Shown piece after piece: positions 49,800-59,634 of a DNA stretch of 64,000 bases. This DNA is from Vulcanimicrobiales bacterium (GTDB lineage: Bacteria; Vulcanimicrobiota; Vulcanimicrobiia; Vulcanimicrobiales; Vulcanimicrobiaceae). The notes under the pieces were generated by a model. The model was not told the origin of the DNA, did no database searches, and was given only the letters and a program-made list of their open reading frames with translations. The position numbers and the translations under genes are program-made. The DNA lies in contig JBBQQR010000005.1 in NCBI GenBank assembly GCA_038215615.1, positions 66,152 through 130,151 on the forward strand, read 5' to 3'. The stretch's first letter is position 1, and each line of letters opens with the position of its first letter.

Positions 49800-50617
49800 G
49801 CGACTTTATCGATCTCACTTCAGCGGCCGCAGAGTCCGCGACCTACGGCGCCGACGAGCGCGACCGCATGGGCTTCTTTACCGACACGACGCTGTGCATC
49901 GGCTGCAAGGCCTGTGAAGTTGCCTGCAAAGAGTGGAATCAGCTGCCCGCGGACGGCTACGAATTCACCGGCGAGTCTTACGACAACACGAAAGAATTGA
50001 GCGGCAACACGTGGCGGCACGTCGCGTTTGTCGAGCAGATGGAACCCGAGCGTGACACCGGCCGCTGGCTGATGGAGTCCGATGTCTGCAAGCATTGTAC
50101 GCATGCGGGTTGTCTCGACGTTTGCCCGACCGGCGCCATTATCCGCACCGAATTCGGCACAGTCGTCATACAAGACGACATCTGCAACGGCTGCGGCTAC
50201 TGCGTGGTCGCCTGCCCTTTCGGCGTGATTGGCGAGAAACAAGAAGATCATACGATGGGCAAGTGCACGTTGTGTTACGATCGGCTAAAAGTGGGGGAGC
50301 AGCCGGCATGCGCGAAAGCCTGTCCGACCGAATCGATCCAGTACGGTGTCGTCGACGAGCTGCGCGGACGCGCCGAAAAACGCTTGGAAAAAGTGCAGCA
50401 CAAGTTTGAGGGCGCGCAGCTCTACCTGAACGATCGCAACGATGGAATCGGCGGCGGCGGTTCGATTTTTCTGCTGCTCGATAAACCGCAAGTCTATGGG
50501 CTTCCGCCCAACCCGATCGTGCCGACAAAAAATCTCTCGCAACGCTGGCGCACGGCCGGCATTGCCGCGGGGGCGTTGCTCGGCGCGGTCGTTCTCTGCG
50601 CGGTAGCGCGGCGATGA
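49796..50617 (+). CDS. fdnH: Formate dehydrogenase iron-sulfur (beta) subunit
   Basis: CIGCKACEVAC, CKHC...C..VCP, CNGCGYCVVACP, KCTLC...CAKACP; C-terminal TM. GTG 49796 overlaps the fdnG stop. Confidence 0.9.
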   Translation: MSDFIDLTSAAAESATYGADERDRMGFFTDTTLCIGCKACEVACKEWNQLPADGYEFTGESYDNTKELSGNTWRHVAFVEQMEPERDTGRWLMESDVCKHCTHAGCLDVCPTGAIIRTEFGTVVIQDDICNGCGYCVVACPFGVIGEKQEDHTMGKCTLCYDRLKVGEQPACAKACPTESIQYGVVDELRGRAEKRLEKVQHKFEGAQLYLNDRNDGIGGGGSIFLLLDKPQVYGLPPNPIVPTKNLSQRWRTAGIAAGALLGAVVLCAVARR

Positions 50618-51495
50618 GCGACGGCTACTACGGCCGCCCGATCGTCAAACCGCCGGCGTGGACGGATCTCATTCCGACCTATTTTTTCGCGGGCGGATTA
50701 GCCGGAACGGCCGCAACGCTCGCGTTCGCGGAGAGAACGGCTCGCAACGATCGCCTTGCGCGCACGATGATCTTCGGAGCCGCGGCCGGCTGTGCGGTCA
50801 GCGCATTTTGTCTCATCGCCGACTTAAAAAAGCCCGAGCGATTCATCAACATGCTGCGCGTCGTCAAACCCACGTCGCCGATGAGCGTCGGCGTCTACAT
50901 CTTCTCTGCGTTCAGCGGCTCGGTTTTTATCGCCGCGGGTTCGGAAGTGACCGGCATCGCGCGGCCTGCCGGCCGTTTCTTCGAAGCGATCGCAGGATTG
51001 ATCGGGCCGGTCATGTCCGTTTACACCGCAGTTTTGGTTGGCGACACGGTCATGCCGGCGTGGCATCTGCCGCGCAAAACGCTGCCGGGACTCTTCGCGG
51101 CGACGTCCGCCGCGAGCGCCGGCGCTTGGGGATTGCTGTTCGCGCCGTCGCGCGACAGCGGCTCGGCGCGGCGTCTCGCGCTTGTGGGCGGCACGGCGAT
51201 GGTCGCGTTACTTCAAGCTCTGCATCATGAGATCGGAGCGGTTCAAGCGCAGGCGTATTCCAAGGGCGAGGCGGGCGCGCTCGCGCGTTCCGCCCGGCTG
51301 CTCAACATCGGCGGCATCGTCTGCGCGGCGCTGGCGAAAAATTCCAACGCACTTTCAAAGATTGCGGGCGCACTGCTCCTAGCGGGCGGCCTCACGGAAC
51401 GCTTCGCGGTCTACCGCGCCGGCTGCGCTTCCGCCAAAGATCCGAAGTACGTACTAGAGTCGCAGAAAGCTAATTCAGCTTCATCGCCTGTTTGA
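50614..51495 (+). CDS. NrfD/PsrC-family membrane anchor
   Basis: P.W...IPTYFF.GG, LIADL..PERF, SPMSVG, YTAVL...T.MPAW. Confidence 0.88.
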   Translation: MSDGYYGRPIVKPPAWTDLIPTYFFAGGLAGTAATLAFAERTARNDRLARTMIFGAAAGCAVSAFCLIADLKKPERFINMLRVVKPTSPMSVGVYIFSAFSGSVFIAAGSEVTGIARPAGRFFEAIAGLIGPVMSVYTAVLVGDTVMPAWHLPRKTLPGLFAATSAASAGAWGLLFAPSRDSGSARRLALVGGTAMVALLQALHHEIGAVQAQAYSKGEAGALARSARLLNIGGIVCAALAKNSNALSKIAGALLLAGGLTERFAVYRAGCASAKDPKYVLESQKANSASSPV

Positions 51496-52474
51496 CGTCG
51501 CTTAACGTCTGAGCCGCAATCTCACGGGCACGCGACGTCCCTTCGGCGATGACTTTTTCGACATAGGATTCATCGGCCGCAAACATTTTGCGGCGTTCGC
51601 GCAGCGGACGTAAGAATTCATTGAGCGCTTGCGCTAAGTCGCTTTTGTCTTGCACGCAGCCGAGCGCGCCGGAGCGGCAATCGCGCTCGACGGCCGGCAC
51701 GTGCGCCGGTTTGACGAGCTTCCACAAATGAAAGACCGGACAAATCTCGGGCCGTCCCGGATCGTTGCGGCGTACTTTCAGAGGATCGGTTATCATGAGG
51801 CGGACTTTTTCGGTCGTCGCGGCCTCGTCGTCGCGCAAGTCGATCACATTGTCGTAAGATTTACTCATCTTGCGGCCGTCGATGCCGGGGACTTCGGGAA
51901 ATTCCGAAAGCATCGCTTTGGGCTCGACCAAGACCGCGGAACCACCGCCATAAATGTGATTGAACCGCCGCACGACCTCGCGCGCGAACTCCAAGTGCGC
52001 GACTTGATCTTTCCCGACCGGGACGAACTCGCCGCGAAAGATCGCGATGTCGCAGAGCTGCAGCAGCGGGTAGCCAAGAAACCCGTACGTGGCGATGTCG
52101 GATCCCAGCTGCTCGATTTGGCCTTTGAACGTCGGCACGCGCTCGAGCCATGAAATCGGCGTGATCATGCCGAGCAGCACCTGGAGCTCGGAGATCTCGG
52201 GTATGCCGGACTGCAAATAAAACGTGGACTTCTGCGGATCGACGCCTGCGGCCAGCCAGTCCACGACCATCGAGTTGCGCGCGTCCCGGATCGACTGCGG
52301 ATCGGCAAAGGCCGTCGTGAACGCGTGCAAATCCGCAATCTCGAAAAACGCGTCTGCAGTATCGCAATACTTCGCCCATTGCGTCAGCACGCCGACATAA
52401 TGTCCCAGGTGCAGATTGCCCGTCGGACGCATGCCCGACATCACGCGCGGTCGCTTCGCGGTTGCGGTCGCCAT
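51470..52474 (-). CDS. trpS: Tryptophan--tRNA ligase
   Basis: SGMRPTG.LHLGH, YPLLQ..DI, VPVGKDQ, KMSKS. Confidence 0.97.
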   Translation of the reverse strand: MATATAKRPRVMSGMRPTGNLHLGHYVGVLTQWAKYCDTADAFFEIADLHAFTTAFADPQSIRDARNSMVVDWLAAGVDPQKSTFYLQSGIPEISELQVLLGMITPISWLERVPTFKGQIEQLGSDIATYGFLGYPLLQLCDIAIFRGEFVPVGKDQVAHLEFAREVVRRFNHIYGGGSAVLVEPKAMLSEFPEVPGIDGRKMSKSYDNVIDLRDDEAATTEKVRLMITDPLKVRRNDPGRPEICPVFHLWKLVKPAHVPAVERDCRSGALGCVQDKSDLAQALNEFLRPLRERRKMFAADESYVEKVIAEGTSRAREIAAQTLSDVKQAMKLN

Positions 52475-53235
52475 CAGAACGCGGTTTGCAGTGAACCGAA
52501 GCGCGCACCTGCTTCGATTTTAGCGCGCACGTAATCACGCGCGTTGGAAACGGCCGCCGAAAGGTCGCGCCCGGACGCGAGTTCGCATGCCAACGACATC
52601 GCCAAGACGCAGCCCGTCCCACGCATTGATCCCGCCAAACGCGATCCTTCAAAGAGCTGCGAAGCGCCGGAAGTGACAAGAACATCGGACGGATCGCCCG
52701 CGAGATGGCCTCCTTTCACGAGCGCGGCGCGCGCACCGCCGGCGACAAACTGGGCGCCCGCCGCGGCCATCGCTTCGCGATCGCGCAAGGGTTTTTGGTG
52801 CAGCAGCAGCGCGGCCTCGTCGAGATTGGGTGTCACGATGACGGGCAAATGTAGCAGGACGTCACGCAACTCGTCGATGTAGGCGGCGTTCGTCCACAAC
52901 GCTTGACCGGTCGAAGAGCCCAGCACGGGATCCACGACGACGCACATCCCCGCGCGCGAGCGCAGAAAATCGGCCAGGACGCGGACGTTCTCCGCCGATA
53001 TCAACGCGCCGACTCGGTACGCGGCCACACCGGACGGAAGCGATTCAAGCTGCGCTCGGAAGACGCGGCTCGGAACCGGCAGCACGGCGGTAACGCGCTC
53101 GGCATCCTGCGCGCTGACTCCGGCGACCGCAACGACGTGTCCAACGCCGTATTCCGCGGCGACTCGCGCGTCGAGTCCGACGCCCGCGATGTTCCAGGGA
53201 TGAGTCGTGCCGACGGATGCGACGATGACGTTCAT
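52474..53235 (-). CDS. thiD: Hydroxymethylpyrimidine/phosphomethylpyrimidine kinase-like (divergent N-terminus)
   Basis: VVDPV, TPNLDEA, LVKGGH, GTGC.L. ATG 53235 overlaps the thiE stop. Confidence 0.8.
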   Translation of the reverse strand: MNVIVASVGTTHPWNIAGVGLDARVAAEYGVGHVVAVAGVSAQDAERVTAVLPVPSRVFRAQLESLPSGVAAYRVGALISAENVRVLADFLRSRAGMCVVVDPVLGSSTGQALWTNAAYIDELRDVLLHLPVIVTPNLDEAALLLHQKPLRDREAMAAAGAQFVAGGARAALVKGGHLAGDPSDVLVTSGASQLFEGSRLAGSMRGTGCVLAMSLACELASGRDLSAAVSNARDYVRAKIEAGARFGSLQTAF

Positions 53236-53837
53236 TCGGCGTTCCATATGCTGACCAGCGCTGCGGCGGCGGCGCGCGGGTCGGGCGCGGACGAAAAAGC
53301 TGAGATCATAGCGGCCATGGCAACGCCCGTCGCAGGCACGTCGCGAAGATTCTCCGCCGTAATGCCGCCGATGGCCGCAACCGGAAGCCGCGTTGCTGCA
53401 ACGATTTCGCGAAGCCCGTCGAGCCCGATGGGGTCGCCCGCGTCGCTCTTCGATCTCGTCGCAAAGACGGATCCGGCGCCGATGTAGTCGGCCGCTTGCG
53501 CCGCGCGCGCTTCGTCCGGCGTCCCGCAGGAAACGCCGACAATGCGATCGCCTAACGCTCGCCGGATCTTCGGCAGCGCTTCGAAACCGGCGTCGTCCGG
53601 TCCCAAGTGCACGCCGTCAGCATCGAAACGTTCGACCGCGCGCCAGTCATCATTTATAAGGAAGAGCGCGTCGCAAGCACGCGTGAGTTCACGCACCGCC
53701 GCGGCCTGCGCAGGCACGATTCCGGTTTTCGCGCGATACTGAATGATGCGCACGCCGCCTTCCAGGATCGCGCGCGTCAGTCCGAGCGGATCGCCTTCCG
53801 CGTTCACGATCGCGTAGATGCCGCGCAGCCGATCTAC
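53232..53837 (-). CDS. thiE: Thiamine-phosphate synthase; start uncertain (53807, 53828 or 53837)
   Basis: LRGIYAI, IQYRAK, LINDD, DGVHLG.DD, G.S, ADYI..G.VF.T.SK, AIGGI. Confidence 0.92.
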   Translation of the reverse strand, partial: VDRLRGIYAIVNAEGDPLGLTRAILEGGVRIIQYRAKTGIVPAQAAAVRELTRACDALFLINDDWRAVERFDADGVHLGPDDAGFEALPKIRRALGDRIVGVSCGTPDEARAAQAADYIGAGSVFATRSKSDAGDPIGLDGLREIVAATRLPVAAIGGITAENLRDVPATGVAMAAMISAFSSAPDPRAAAAALVSIWNAE

Positions 53838-54703
53838 TCTGATTCGAGCAACAGCTCCGCGATGCGCATTAGGTCGGACTCATCGGAGTATTTGATCTCG
53901 ATCGTACCGCCTTGTTGCGATCGACGCAACGCCACGCGCGTTCCGAGCCGCCGCCGCAAGCGGTCTTCGAAGTCGCGATCGTCGGGGGAGCTGCCGCGCG
54001 CGGCAGATTTGCCCGCAGCAGGCGGTGATTGGAGGCGGGCGACGATGCGCTCGAGTGCGCGCACGCTGAGCCCGTCGCCGGCGACTCGCCGCGCAAGCTG
54101 CAAGCGCGCGTTTTCCGGCGCTCCCAGAATCGCTTTGGCGTGTCCCGAGGTCACTTTACCCTCGGCGATCAGCGCCTTAATCGGTTCCGAAAGCGTCAGG
54201 ATGCGCAGGGCATTGGTAACCGAGGGCCGGCTCTTTCCCAAGCGTTGCGCGACCTGTTCCTGCGTAAAATTATGCGACTCGATCAGATCGGCAATGCCCG
54301 CGGCTTCTTCCAGCGCGTTCAGATCTTCGCGCTGCAAGTTCTCGACGATGGCTACTTCCAGGCTTTCGCGATCGTCGCTGCGGCGCACGATCGCCGGAAT
54401 TCCCGAGCGCTGCAAAGCGGCGCAGGCGCGCCAGCGCCGTTCGCCCGCGATCAGCTCGTAGGCATCGCCACGCTCGCGAACCAGAATCGGGACGAGCACG
54501 CCAAGTTCGGCGATAGACGCCTGCAGCTCGCTCAACCCTTCGGCGTCGAAGCGCTTGCGCGGCTGATGCGGATTGGGACGAATCCGATCGATCGGAATCT
54601 CGCGAATACCTTCGGCCATCGAGGCCGGTGCTGCGGTCGTTCGGGCGTCGCCGAGCAGCGCGCCCAATCCCCGCCCGAGCCCGCGCTTGGGAGCATTGCT
54701 CAT
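53834..54703 (-). CDS. parB: Chromosome partitioning protein ParB/Spo0J
   Basis: RGLGRGL.AL, NPHQPRK.F, IAGERRWRA, ENLQREDLN, HTH. Confidence 0.96.
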   Translation of the reverse strand: MSNAPKRGLGRGLGALLGDARTTAAPASMAEGIREIPIDRIRPNPHQPRKRFDAEGLSELQASIAELGVLVPILVRERGDAYELIAGERRWRACAALQRSGIPAIVRRSDDRESLEVAIVENLQREDLNALEEAAGIADLIESHNFTQEQVAQRLGKSRPSVTNALRILTLSEPIKALIAEGKVTSGHAKAILGAPENARLQLARRVAGDGLSVRALERIVARLQSPPAAGKSAARGSSPDDRDFEDRLRRRLGTRVALRRSQQGGTIEIKYSDESDLMRIAELLLESE

Positions 54704-55479
54704 CGCGCCACCGCGGCGGATTGCGCCGCCAGCATCTCCGCCGCCAACGCCATGTAGGCTTGCGCGCCGCGCGATTTCAGATCGAATAAGATCACCGGTT
54801 TACCGTACGACGGCGCTTCCGACAGGCGGATGTTGCGCGGAATCTGGGTCTTAAACATTTGCTGCGGAAAGTACGCGTTGAGCTCTTCGAGCACTTCCAT
54901 CGCAAGCTTCGTGCGGCCGTCGAACATCGTCACGAGAACGCCGGTAACCAGCAGCCCGGGATTGAGCGCCTCTTGCACGCGGCGCACGACGTTGGTGAGC
55001 TGCGAGAGACCTTCGAGCGCATAGTACTCGGCCTGTACCGGGATAATGATCTCGCGGGTTGCGGTCAGCGCGTTGATCGTCAGCAGTCCGAGTGACGGCG
55101 GGCAATCGATGAGCACGAAATCGTAGGCGCCCGCAATCGGCTCGACGACGCCTTTGAGCCGGTTTTCGCGGGACAGCGCGGAGACCAGTTCGATCTCGGC
55201 GCCGGCGAGATTGATCGTCGCCGGGATGATTTGCAGTCCGGGAATTTCGGTTTCGCATAGCACTTCGTCGATCGACGCAAAGTGCATCAGCAAATCGTAG
55301 ATGTCGCGCTTGATCTCGGCTTTGTTGATGCCCAACCCGGTTGTGGTGTTGCCCTGCGGATCGAGGTCGACCACGAGCACGCGCTTTCCGAGCACCGCGA
55401 GCGCCGCGCCGAGATTCACCGTCGTTGTGCTCTTGCCGACACCGCCCTTTTGATTGACCAGTGCGATGATTCGCGACAG
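54700..55479 (-). CDS. parA: Chromosome partitioning ATPase ParA/Soj
   Basis: IIALVNQKGGVGKSTT, DLDPQGN, IDCPPSLG, LSEAPS. Start is CTG 55479 (AAGGAG SD) or ATG 55500. Confidence 0.96.
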   Translation of the reverse strand: MSRIIALVNQKGGVGKSTTTVNLGAALAVLGKRVLVVDLDPQGNTTTGLGINKAEIKRDIYDLLMHFASIDEVLCETEIPGLQIIPATINLAGAEIELVSALSRENRLKGVVEPIAGAYDFVLIDCPPSLGLLTINALTATREIIIPVQAEYYALEGLSQLTNVVRRVQEALNPGLLVTGVLVTMFDGRTKLAMEVLEELNAYFPQQMFKTQIPRNIRLSEAPSYGKPVILFDLKSRGAQAYMALAAEMLAAQSAAVAR

Positions 55480-55489
55480 TGTGGACTCC

Positions 55490-56884
55490 TTAGCTTGCAT
55501 CGCGCTGCGCGTCCAAGTAGGTTTCCAAAAGGTGTTGCAGCGTGCCGGGCTCGTTACGCTCGGGCTGTTCGGTGACCTGCTCGAAGAGCTCGCGCAACGC
55601 CTCGCCGACGCGCGTATCGCCCGCAAACCCCTGTGGCGCCAGGCCTTTTCGCACCATCGCCGCGATCACTTCGCTTCCGCCGATTCGCAGATCAGCAACT
55701 GAAAAAGCGGGCTTGCGCGCGACTTCCTGGTGAACGCGCGCTTGAAAACGCTCGTTCGAATCGTCACGTTTGGGCAGGCCGCTGCCGGCGATGTCAGCCG
55801 CGCGCACGGCGAACTGGCGGTCGAGGTTTTCGGGGCCGATGCGCCGGATGAAACGGCGCAAAGCCGGATCGGAGAGATCGGGATCGCCGACGTACATATG
55901 CTGGCGAATCACATGCGTTACGCGCTCGACCACCTCGTTGGAAAAGCGCAGGCGTCCGAGCATATCGAGAGCCATGTCGGCGCCGACTTGCTCGTGGCGG
56001 TAAAAGTGCGGCCCGTCCTTGGTGCGCGGCTTGCCGACGTCGTGTAAGAGCGCCGCCAAACGCACGACCAAATCGCCGGGCGGCGAGGCATCGAGCGTCG
56101 CAAGGCTATGGCGGTAGCAATCGTAGGCGTGCCACTGATTTTGCTCGACGCCCACGCCCTCGAGGATCTCCGGCCAAACGTGCCGCAGCACGCCCGTCTC
56201 GCGAAGAAGCTCGATGCCGATCGACGGCTTGCGTGCGAGCGTGAAAAGCTTGGTGAATTCGTCGGCCATGCGTTCGGCCGAAACGGTCGCGATCGCGGGC
56301 GCCGCGGCGGTCATGGCCTGACGCGTCCGTTCGGTCAAACTGTATTCGAACCGGGCGGCGAATTGCGCCGCGCGCAGCATGCGCAACGGATCTTCTTCGA
56401 ACGTGCGCTCGCTGCGAATATCGATGCGGCGCGCGCGAATATCCGCTTCGCCGCCGTGCAGATCGACAATTTCGCCCGAGGGAAGTGCGCGCGCGATCAT
56501 GTTCATGCGGAAATCACGCCGGCCGAGGTCGTCCTCGAGCGAAACATCCGGCCCGCTCTCGACGTCGAACTCGCGATGGCCAGCTCCGGTCGATCGTTCG
56601 CGCCGAGGTAGGGAAATATCCACCGTAACGCTTTTGATGGTTACCTTCAGGACCGCGAACGACGCTCCGACCAGGTCTACCCGGCCCAAAGCCTCGAGGC
56701 GCCTTTGAAGATCTGCCGCTGAAAGGCCGGTGACGACATAATCGAGGTCCTTCAGATCCGGCGCGAAGCCTTCAATCTCCGCACGGAGCTCATCCCGCAC
56801 CCGCCCGCCGACAGCATAAAGCGAGCCGGCCGGCAAAACGCCCGCCAGTTCACGGTCGATCGGCAGTTGGCCGGTGGCACTCAT
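55490..56884 (-). CDS. cca: CCA tRNA nucleotidyltransferase with HD domain
   Basis: VGG.VRD, DLD, DL.RRDF..N, EDPLR.LRA..F, LLHDVGKP. ATG at 56884. Confidence 0.88.
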   Translation of the reverse strand: MSATGQLPIDRELAGVLPAGSLYAVGGRVRDELRAEIEGFAPDLKDLDYVVTGLSAADLQRRLEALGRVDLVGASFAVLKVTIKSVTVDISLPRRERSTGAGHREFDVESGPDVSLEDDLGRRDFRMNMIARALPSGEIVDLHGGEADIRARRIDIRSERTFEEDPLRMLRAAQFAARFEYSLTERTRQAMTAAAPAIATVSAERMADEFTKLFTLARKPSIGIELLRETGVLRHVWPEILEGVGVEQNQWHAYDCYRHSLATLDASPPGDLVVRLAALLHDVGKPRTKDGPHFYRHEQVGADMALDMLGRLRFSNEVVERVTHVIRQHMYVGDPDLSDPALRRFIRRIGPENLDRQFAVRAADIAGSGLPKRDDSNERFQARVHQEVARKPAFSVADLRIGGSEVIAAMVRKGLAPQGFAGDTRVGEALRELFEQVTEQPERNEPGTLQHLLETYLDAQRDAS

Positions 56885-57011
56885 AGGCAGGGGCCACATC
56901 CGAGCCATCCAGACAGGCCCGCCCAAAAGAATATGACACCAATGAGAATCACGACCAAGAGCGCCACGGCGATCACCAATTTTGTGGGTCGCCAGCGAAG
57001 TAGCCCTTCAT
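56881..57011 (-). pseudogene. Small single-TM protein (~43 aa) with a -1 frameshift after codon 2-3, or a 32-aa form from TTG
   Basis: Frame LLRWRPTKLVIAVALLVVILIGVIFFWAGLSGWLGCGPCL* ends in an ATGA overlap with cca. ATG 57011, 7 nt after TGgTAAGCT, joins it if the GGG run had one more G. Confidence 0.5.
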
Positions 57012-57056
57012 TTCTCCTAGCTTACCACGCTCTAAAACCGGGGACAGACGGGCGGC

Positions 57057-57072
57057 AACTTCCCGTGGAACA
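57057..57072. promoter_or_regulatory. Degenerate parS-like site (one intact half)
   Basis: AACTTCCCGTGGAACA shares CCCGTGGAAC with the neighbouring site. Confidence 0.4.
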
Positions 57073-57129
57073 TCTGCGGCCGGGTCCGTCATTTCGACCC
57101 TTGCACGCGAGCGGTCGATAAGCGGGCGA

Positions 57130-57145
57130 TGTTCCCCGTGGAACC
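57130..57145. promoter_or_regulatory. parS-like centromere site
   Basis: TGTTCCCCGTGGAACC has 2 mismatches to TGTTYCACGTGRAACA and lies ~1.6 kb from parA. Confidence 0.65.
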
Positions 57146-57146
57146 T

Positions 57147-57779
57147 CTAGCCGCCGAGGGGCCGCTTCTGAGCAATTCCGGCGCGGCGGGGAAAGCCGTC
57201 GGGCGTGGGCCCGGTCTTCCGGATAAGGATCAGCCGCCTTTCACGGTCGAGCTTTACCTCGGACTCGACCGTGCAAGCGAGCTCGATGGCGGTCATCGAG
57301 AGCGCCTCGGCTTCTTGCGGCGCAGGCGCCCCGCGCTGCAAGATCGCCAGACCGCCCACAGCCAGGAACGGCGCCGCCAATTCGACCGCCGCGGGCGCTG
57401 AGGCGACTGCGCGGACCGTGGCGCTTTGGAACCGCTCACGCAGTTTCGGGTCGCGCCCGGCATCCTCGGCGCGAGCGGTGATGACCCGGGCATGAAGAGC
57501 AAGTGCCTCGATCGTCTCCCTCAGGAACTTCGCCTTTTTTGCGGTGGCCTCGAGCAAAAGGGTTTGGACTCCACTGGCCAGCGCCACCGGGATCCCGGGA
57601 AGGCCCGCGCCGCTGCCGATGTCGATGTAGGGGGCCCGAACGTACGGCAGCACGGTCAGGCTGTCGGCGAGATGCAGCGCGAACTCCGCATCGGTGTGCG
57701 CGCCCGTCAGGTTGAACTTCGCGTTGGCCTCGAGTACCAGGCGCGCGTAGAGGGCCAGCCGCTCTTCCTCCGCGCTCAC
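57147..57779 (-). CDS. rsmG: 16S rRNA m7G527 methyltransferase
   Basis: [28 protein letters not shown]. Confidence 0.94.
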   Translation of the reverse strand: MSAEEERLALYARLVLEANAKFNLTGAHTDAEFALHLADSLTVLPYVRAPYIDIGSGAGLPGIPVALASGVQTLLLEATAKKAKFLRETIEALALHARVITARAEDAGRDPKLRERFQSATVRAVASAPAAVELAAPFLAVGGLAILQRGAPAPQEAEALSMTAIELACTVESEVKLDRERRLILIRKTGPTPDGFPRRAGIAQKRPLGG

Positions 57780-59623
57780 GCGGGCTGAGGTTGAGCGCCC
57801 GCGTAGAGGCTAAGAATCGCTATGTCCGCCGGGGTCACGCCCGGGATGCGTGATGCCGCGCCCAGCGTTGCCGGCCGCCGGAGAGCGAGCTTCTCCCGCG
57901 CTTCCCGCGACAATGCGCGCAAGCCGCCATAGTCGAGCGCATCGGGCAGTGCAGCGCCCTCGCTCTTGGACGCCTTTTCGATCGCAAGCTCTTCGCGGCG
58001 TACATAACCCTCGATCTTTATTTCGATCGCAACGCGCTCGCCGATGGCCGGCTCTGTATCCGACGCTTGCTCCGCAACGTCAGCGAATTCGATCCCCGGA
58101 CGGCGCAACGCGTCCGCCAGCGTCGCGCCTGGTTCAGGAATCAGCTGTGATACGCCGATGCGCGTGGAAGATATAAAGCGCCGCGCACGCTCGAGCTCGG
58201 CCGAGCGAGCCTCGAAACGCCCCCAATCAGCATCGCCGACGAGGCCAATGTCGCGCCCGATCGGCGCGAGCCGGCTGTCCGCGTTGTCGTGGCGCAGCAA
58301 AATGCGATGTTCAGCGCGCGAGGTCATCATGCGGTAGGGTTCGTCGACGCCTTTGTTCACCAAATCGTCGATCATCACGCCGATGTACGCCTGGCTGCGG
58401 GTCAAGCGCAGTTCTTCGCGTCCTTGCGCAGCGCGAGCGGCGTTGATTCCCGCGATCAGACCTTGCGCGGCGGCTTCTTCGTATCCCGAAGTGCCGTTGA
58501 GCTGTCCGCAGTGATAAAGACCGCGGACGCGCCGCGTTTCGAGCGTGTCAAAGAGCTCGGTTGGCGGGACCATGTCATACTCAACCGCATAACCCGCGCG
58601 CAACATCTCGCATTCTTCCAAGCCCGGCAGCGTGTGCAACATTTCCAACTGCACTTCGGCCGGAAGCGAGGTCGAAAAACCGCCGACGTACCACGTTGGT
58701 TCGTCCCAGCCTTCGGGTTCGATAAAGATGTGATGCGTTGGATTGTGCGCGAACTTAACCACCTTATCTTCGATGGACGGACAGTAGCGCGGACCAATGC
58801 CTTTGATGAGATCGAGTCCGTAGAGCGGCGAACGATGCAAATTGTCGCGCACGAGCTGATGCGTGCGTTCGTTGGTTTCGGTGATGTAACAGGGCAGCTG
58901 CGGCCCCGCAAACCGGAGCTCACTGCCGTAAGAAAACATCAATGGAACCGGGCTTGCGGGCTGCACTTTCATCGCGCCGGTGTTGACGGTCGCGCGGTCC
59001 AACCGCGGCGGCGTTCCGGTCTTCAAGCGCTGTGTCGGGAAACCGGCGCCGCGCAGCGCCTGCGCCAAACCGATCGCCGGCGGTTCGCCGAAACGACCTT
59101 CGGATTGCACGACGTCACCGCGAAAAGATTTTCCGCCCAGAAACGTGCCTGTTGCCAATACCACGCGACGCGCGTGATAGTGCGATCCATCCGCGCATAC
59201 GACGCCGCGGATTTTGCCGCCGCTGATAACGAGCGACTCGACCATCGCGCGTTCGATGCGCAGGTTGGGCTGCGCCCGCAAGACTTCGATCGCTAACCGC
59301 GCGTAGGCGGGCTTATCGGCCTGCGCGCGCAGCGCGCGTACCGCGGGGCCTTTCGACTCGTTCAGAAAGCGCGAATGCAGCGAGCATTGGTCGATGATGC
59401 GCGCCATCTCGCCGCCGAGTGCGTCGATTTCCCGCACCAGCTGGCCCTTGGCGCTTCCGCCGATCGACGGATTGCACGGAAGCGTGCAGATGCGGTCGGG
59501 ATCGCCTGTCAGCAGCAGCGTGGGCACGCCTAAACGCGCCGAGGCGAGCGCCGCTTCGACGCCCGCATGTCCGCCGCCGACGATGATAACGCCGGCGTCG
59601 TCGGAATGAATTCGCGCTTCCAT
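57776..59623 (-). CDS. mnmG: tRNA uridine-5-carboxymethylaminomethyl modification enzyme
   Basis: [47 protein letters not shown]. Confidence 0.97.
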   Translation of the reverse strand: MEARIHSDDAGVIIVGGGHAGVEAALASARLGVPTLLLTGDPDRICTLPCNPSIGGSAKGQLVREIDALGGEMARIIDQCSLHSRFLNESKGPAVRALRAQADKPAYARLAIEVLRAQPNLRIERAMVESLVISGGKIRGVVCADGSHYHARRVVLATGTFLGGKSFRGDVVQSEGRFGEPPAIGLAQALRGAGFPTQRLKTGTPPRLDRATVNTGAMKVQPASPVPLMFSYGSELRFAGPQLPCYITETNERTHQLVRDNLHRSPLYGLDLIKGIGPRYCPSIEDKVVKFAHNPTHHIFIEPEGWDEPTWYVGGFSTSLPAEVQLEMLHTLPGLEECEMLRAGYAVEYDMVPPTELFDTLETRRVRGLYHCGQLNGTSGYEEAAAQGLIAGINAARAAQGREELRLTRSQAYIGVMIDDLVNKGVDEPYRMMTSRAEHRILLRHDNADSRLAPIGRDIGLVGDADWGRFEARSAELERARRFISSTRIGVSQLIPEPGATLADALRRPGIEFADVAEQASDTEPAIGERVAIEIKIEGYVRREELAIEKASKSEGAALPDALDYGGLRALSREAREKLALRRPATLGAASRIPGVTPADIAILSLYAGAQPQPA

Positions 59624-59634
59624 AACCGCCCGCT

